This document shows, piece after piece, positions 36,777-39,833 of a stretch of DNA of 39,833 bases. Source of the DNA: Promethearchaeota archaeon (lineage in GTDB: Archaea; Asgardarchaeota; Lokiarchaeia; Sigyniarchaeales; SOKP01); assembly GCA_013375475.1 (NCBI GenBank), contig JABXKD010000022.1, forward strand, positions 1 to 39,833, read 5' to 3'. The position numbers were made by a program, and so were the translations under genes. Numbering within the stretch: the stretch's first letter is position 1; every line of letters begins with the position of its first letter. Below the pieces are notes generated by a model, which ran no database searches, had not been told where the DNA came from, and saw only the letters and a list, made by a program, of their open reading frames with translations.

Positions 36777-38726
36777 GTGGTATCTAAATGTAATTATCCT
36801 CCTGAAGAGATTATAAAACCTATTATTGGCAAACCTAATTACGAATTTATCATATTATGGATGTTAAATAATAATGATGTATGCACATGGGCAAACCTGA
36901 AAGAAAAGATTACTCATTCCACATTATCAAACTACCTAAAAAGACTTAGGGATAAAGGCTATGTTGAAAAGAGAGTATACAATCAGTATCAAATTACTTC
37001 TAAAGGCAAGGATAAATTTTATGAACTATCTGAAACAAAGCAAAAAATTAAAAAAATAAATTTTCCTCCCGAAGCTATACTTAGAAGGAGGAATTATGAT
37101 CACTGGATTCTTTGGATGGTGTCTAACAATAATTATTGCAATTGGTCCGATTTTTCTGAGCTTCCTCTTTCGATCAATCAATCTTCTTTATCTAAAAATT
37201 TAAATTCGTTATTAGATAAGGAGTTTATTAGGAAGGAAGAGAAAAAGTATAGGATCACTCGATTAGGTAAAACTGAATATTCAAATATGCTAAGATTGTA
37301 TGATTTAGATAGACAATCAATCTTAGATGAAGAAAATAAACGGATAAAGGAAATTACTAAAACCACAAATACCTTCTTTAAAGAGTATAAAATAGAAGAT
37401 GTTATTATTAAATTCCGGTTTTTAAACAACAAATTGAAGCTACCATTTGAACAGGTCAAATCCACTCTAAAAAGTGAAGAAGATTTTGATAAAGCTTTAC
37501 TTTATCTCTCTATAAATCATCCAGATCAATTTCCTTATTATATTTCTCCAGAGGATTTTTCTAAAAAATACGACCTCAATCTGATTAAACTTAAATTTGT
37601 TATTCTTTGCATTGTTGAAGAAAATATTTTTCCAATAAAATTTTTTAAATTAGATTTACCTAATGGAAATACATTTTATTTTCAAGTGAATGGGAAATTA
37701 GAACGGATGCTTAATGTAATTGTGGATGATCATGTTGTTAAATTCACATATTTAAATAATTTAAATGAAGAAATTTCTGAAGGAATCCCTCCATTAACCA
37801 TGGAAAGTATTGTTAATGCAATTCTAGAGGAGATAATTGATAATATATTTAATCCTGGTTTAAAAGCTGCTTTAAAAGCATTCTTACCAAATTATATCAA
37901 CTACTTAGCTTACAAAGTTGAGAAAGAGAGGAAACTACTCGATACTTTTGACAAATTAGAAGGATTAATATGGAGAGAAATCCAGAATTATAGTTTTTCT
38001 GAAGTACAAGAACAGTCTGATAAAATATTTGCTCTTAGTTCTTATTTAGATCCTTCAAAGAGCTTTGAAGACAGTTTAGAAGAAATCAACAAATCCATTG
38101 ATCAAAATCCTAAAGAAATTGATTTATATTATATTAAAAGCCAAATTTTTATGTATTTTGATAAGTATAGTGAAGCTTTAATCCTTTTAGATGGTATGGT
38201 CAAAGACTTTCCTCAAAATGAAAAAAATCTCAAAATGAAAAAAGCATCTGTCCTTAAAAGAATGAGAGATCTTGAAGGGGGATTAGAAATTATTGATGAA
38301 TTAATCGGAAAGTACCCTGAAGACAATGATCTTCTTAATTATAAAGCGGTTTGGTATCAATACTTAAATAAAAGGGAAGAAGCCCTCGAAATTATCCAAA
38401 AACTCATAGAACGAGAGCCAGATAATGGGATTTATCACGATTCTTATGGTGAAATTCTTATGGCTTTTAATGACCACGAGCTAGCTATAGATAAATTTCA
38501 TAGGGCATTAGAGCTAGATCCAAACAGTTGGTATATTTATCAAACTTACATTAAACTTGGAATTTGTTATAGGGAGCTGGATGATTATGGAAAGGCGCTT
38601 GAGCATCTAACGAAAGGTGAAGAACTCATAGATCAATCTTCGAGTGAGAGCGATACAAAACAGATGTGGCATTCTTATGCTAAACCCTTCATAGAAGAGA
38701 CAAAGGTGCTTCTTGAAGATTTTTAA
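36777..38726 (+). CDS. Double winged-helix plus TPR repeat protein (paralog 2)
   Basis: Colinear with 30904..32832 (RNYDHWILWMV, YDLDRQSIL, YLAYKVEKE, YHD.YGE.LM). AAGGAG SD before GTG. Confidence 0.8.
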   Translation: MVSKCNYPPEEIIKPIIGKPNYEFIILWMLNNNDVCTWANLKEKITHSTLSNYLKRLRDKGYVEKRVYNQYQITSKGKDKFYELSETKQKIKKINFPPEAILRRRNYDHWILWMVSNNNYCNWSDFSELPLSINQSSLSKNLNSLLDKEFIRKEEKKYRITRLGKTEYSNMLRLYDLDRQSILDEENKRIKEITKTTNTFFKEYKIEDVIIKFRFLNNKLKLPFEQVKSTLKSEEDFDKALLYLSINHPDQFPYYISPEDFSKKYDLNLIKLKFVILCIVEENIFPIKFFKLDLPNGNTFYFQVNGKLERMLNVIVDDHVVKFTYLNNLNEEISEGIPPLTMESIVNAILEEIIDNIFNPGLKAALKAFLPNYINYLAYKVEKERKLLDTFDKLEGLIWREIQNYSFSEVQEQSDKIFALSSYLDPSKSFEDSLEEINKSIDQNPKEIDLYYIKSQIFMYFDKYSEALILLDGMVKDFPQNEKNLKMKKASVLKRMRDLEGGLEIIDELIGKYPEDNDLLNYKAVWYQYLNKREEALEIIQKLIEREPDNGIYHDSYGEILMAFNDHELAIDKFHRALELDPNSWYIYQTYIKLGICYRELDDYGKALEHLTKGEELIDQSSSESDTKQMWHSYAKPFIEETKVLLEDF

Positions 38727-38895
38727 TCATAGAATTAAAAAAATATTTACGAATATATATTAGAATAACTCGATACGATGCGAATTCATAACTTATTTTA
38801 AATTGTGGTTATTTACTTAACTTGAATCGTTAGTTGTATATTTAGAGATATTTTATTAGAAATTTGTTATTAATTAATAAAGAGTTCAAATAATA

Positions 38896-39780
38896 ATGAA
38901 AGAGTTTAAAGATAAGGTAGCAGTAGTTACCGGTGCCGCAAGTGGAATCGGTCGTGGTTTAGCAAGAAGAGCTGCCAGAGAAGGTATGAAAGTTGTATTG
39001 GCAGATATCGAAAAAGACGCTCTAAATCAAACTGAAGAAGAATTGAAGAGATCGGGAGCAAATGTAATATCAGTAATAACTGATGTTTCTAAGTTAGAGG
39101 ACATTGAAAATTTAGCTCGATTGACAATAAATGCATTTGGAGAAGTTCACATTTTATGCAATAACGCCGGAGTGGGTATGGGAGGGTTTCTTTGGGATTG
39201 CACTTTAACTGATTTTAATTGGGTTATAGGAGTGAATTTATGGGGGGTAATCCATGGGATTCGCACATTTATTCCCATAATGCTAAAGCAAAATAATGAT
39301 TGCCATATAGTAAATACCGCCTCTATGTCAGGATTAATAACGGGAGAAGCTGCAAATGGAATTTATAGTATTACTAAACATGGAGTAGTAGCGCTTAGTG
39401 AGAGTCTGCGTACAGCTTTTCCCTTAAGGAAGAGTAAGATAGGTGTTTCGGTCGTTTGTCCTGGGATTGTAAACACTAGAATTACCGATTGTGAGAGAAA
39501 TCGGCCAGCAGAATTATGCGGTCCAAATTATGAACGAAGCATGGAGAGGTTCATAAAGCGTTATCCTAAATCCGAAGAAACCGTAAAAGCTTATACAAAA
39601 ATGTACGAAACAGGGACATCTCCCGATCAAGCAGGCGACATCATATTTGAGTGTGTCAAGAAGGAAATTTTTTACATTTTTACAGAAACGGGAATCCATT
39701 GGAAGGAATTTATGAAAACGCGATTTGAGGGCATTTTAAAGGATTTTGACCAAAATAATTCTATATTAGAGAATTTATGA
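38896..39780 (+). CDS. Short-chain dehydrogenase/reductase (SDR)
   Basis: TGAASGIG, NNAG, NTAS, catalytic YSITK and CPG. Confidence 0.93.
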   Translation: MKEFKDKVAVVTGAASGIGRGLARRAAREGMKVVLADIEKDALNQTEEELKRSGANVISVITDVSKLEDIENLARLTINAFGEVHILCNNAGVGMGGFLWDCTLTDFNWVIGVNLWGVIHGIRTFIPIMLKQNNDCHIVNTASMSGLITGEAANGIYSITKHGVVALSESLRTAFPLRKSKIGVSVVCPGIVNTRITDCERNRPAELCGPNYERSMERFIKRYPKSEETVKAYTKMYETGTSPDQAGDIIFECVKKEIFYIFTETGIHWKEFMKTRFEGILKDFDQNNSILENL

Positions 39781-39833
39781 GGGTATTAATTAATTCTTTC
39801 TACGATTGTAGATATAATATTATTACCAAATCC

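Noticed and set aside
1-39833. CRISPR array, tRNA/rRNA, transposase, and the remaining short antisense or nested ORFs
   Set aside because: No regular repeat-spacer pattern, GC-rich structured RNA or transposase motif was seen by eye. The short ORFs lie within well-supported genes.

Overview
AT-rich archaeal DNA, most likely from an Asgard archaeon of the Lokiarchaeia. That assignment is inferred from the Rab-like GTPases, 7TM-longin-like proteins, HdrA/MvhD/FrhB and archaeal four-subunit oxidoreductases. The left two-thirds (about 4.4-26.2 kb) is a dense redox cluster with three different 2-oxoacid:ferredoxin oxidoreductase (OFOR) operons. (1) A gamma-delta fusion, an alpha subunit and a circularly permuted beta subunit whose TPP-binding motif is split between its C- and N-termini. 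(2) A porG-porD-porA-hydC-hydB-(hydA' Fe-S domain::porB) operon that physically joins an OFOR to a HydABC/NuoEFG-type NAD(P)H module. (3) A korCDAB set running directly into an HdrA-MvhD fusion. A cysteine-depleted MvhD-like gene, an FrhB-like gene and an ADP-forming acyl-CoA synthetase alpha subunit also lie in this cluster. The right third holds eukaryote-like signalling genes: two tandem 7TM-longin-like proteins converging on a Rab-like GTPase, and a duplicated module of a Rab-like GTPase divergent from a double-wHTH-TPR protein. It also holds a LuxE-like gene, a HEPN-MNT toxin-antitoxin pair, an unannotated frameshifted thiolase remnant and an SDR. No rRNA, tRNA, CRISPR array or transposase was recognised. 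All assignments come from reading motifs by eye, with no database searches.
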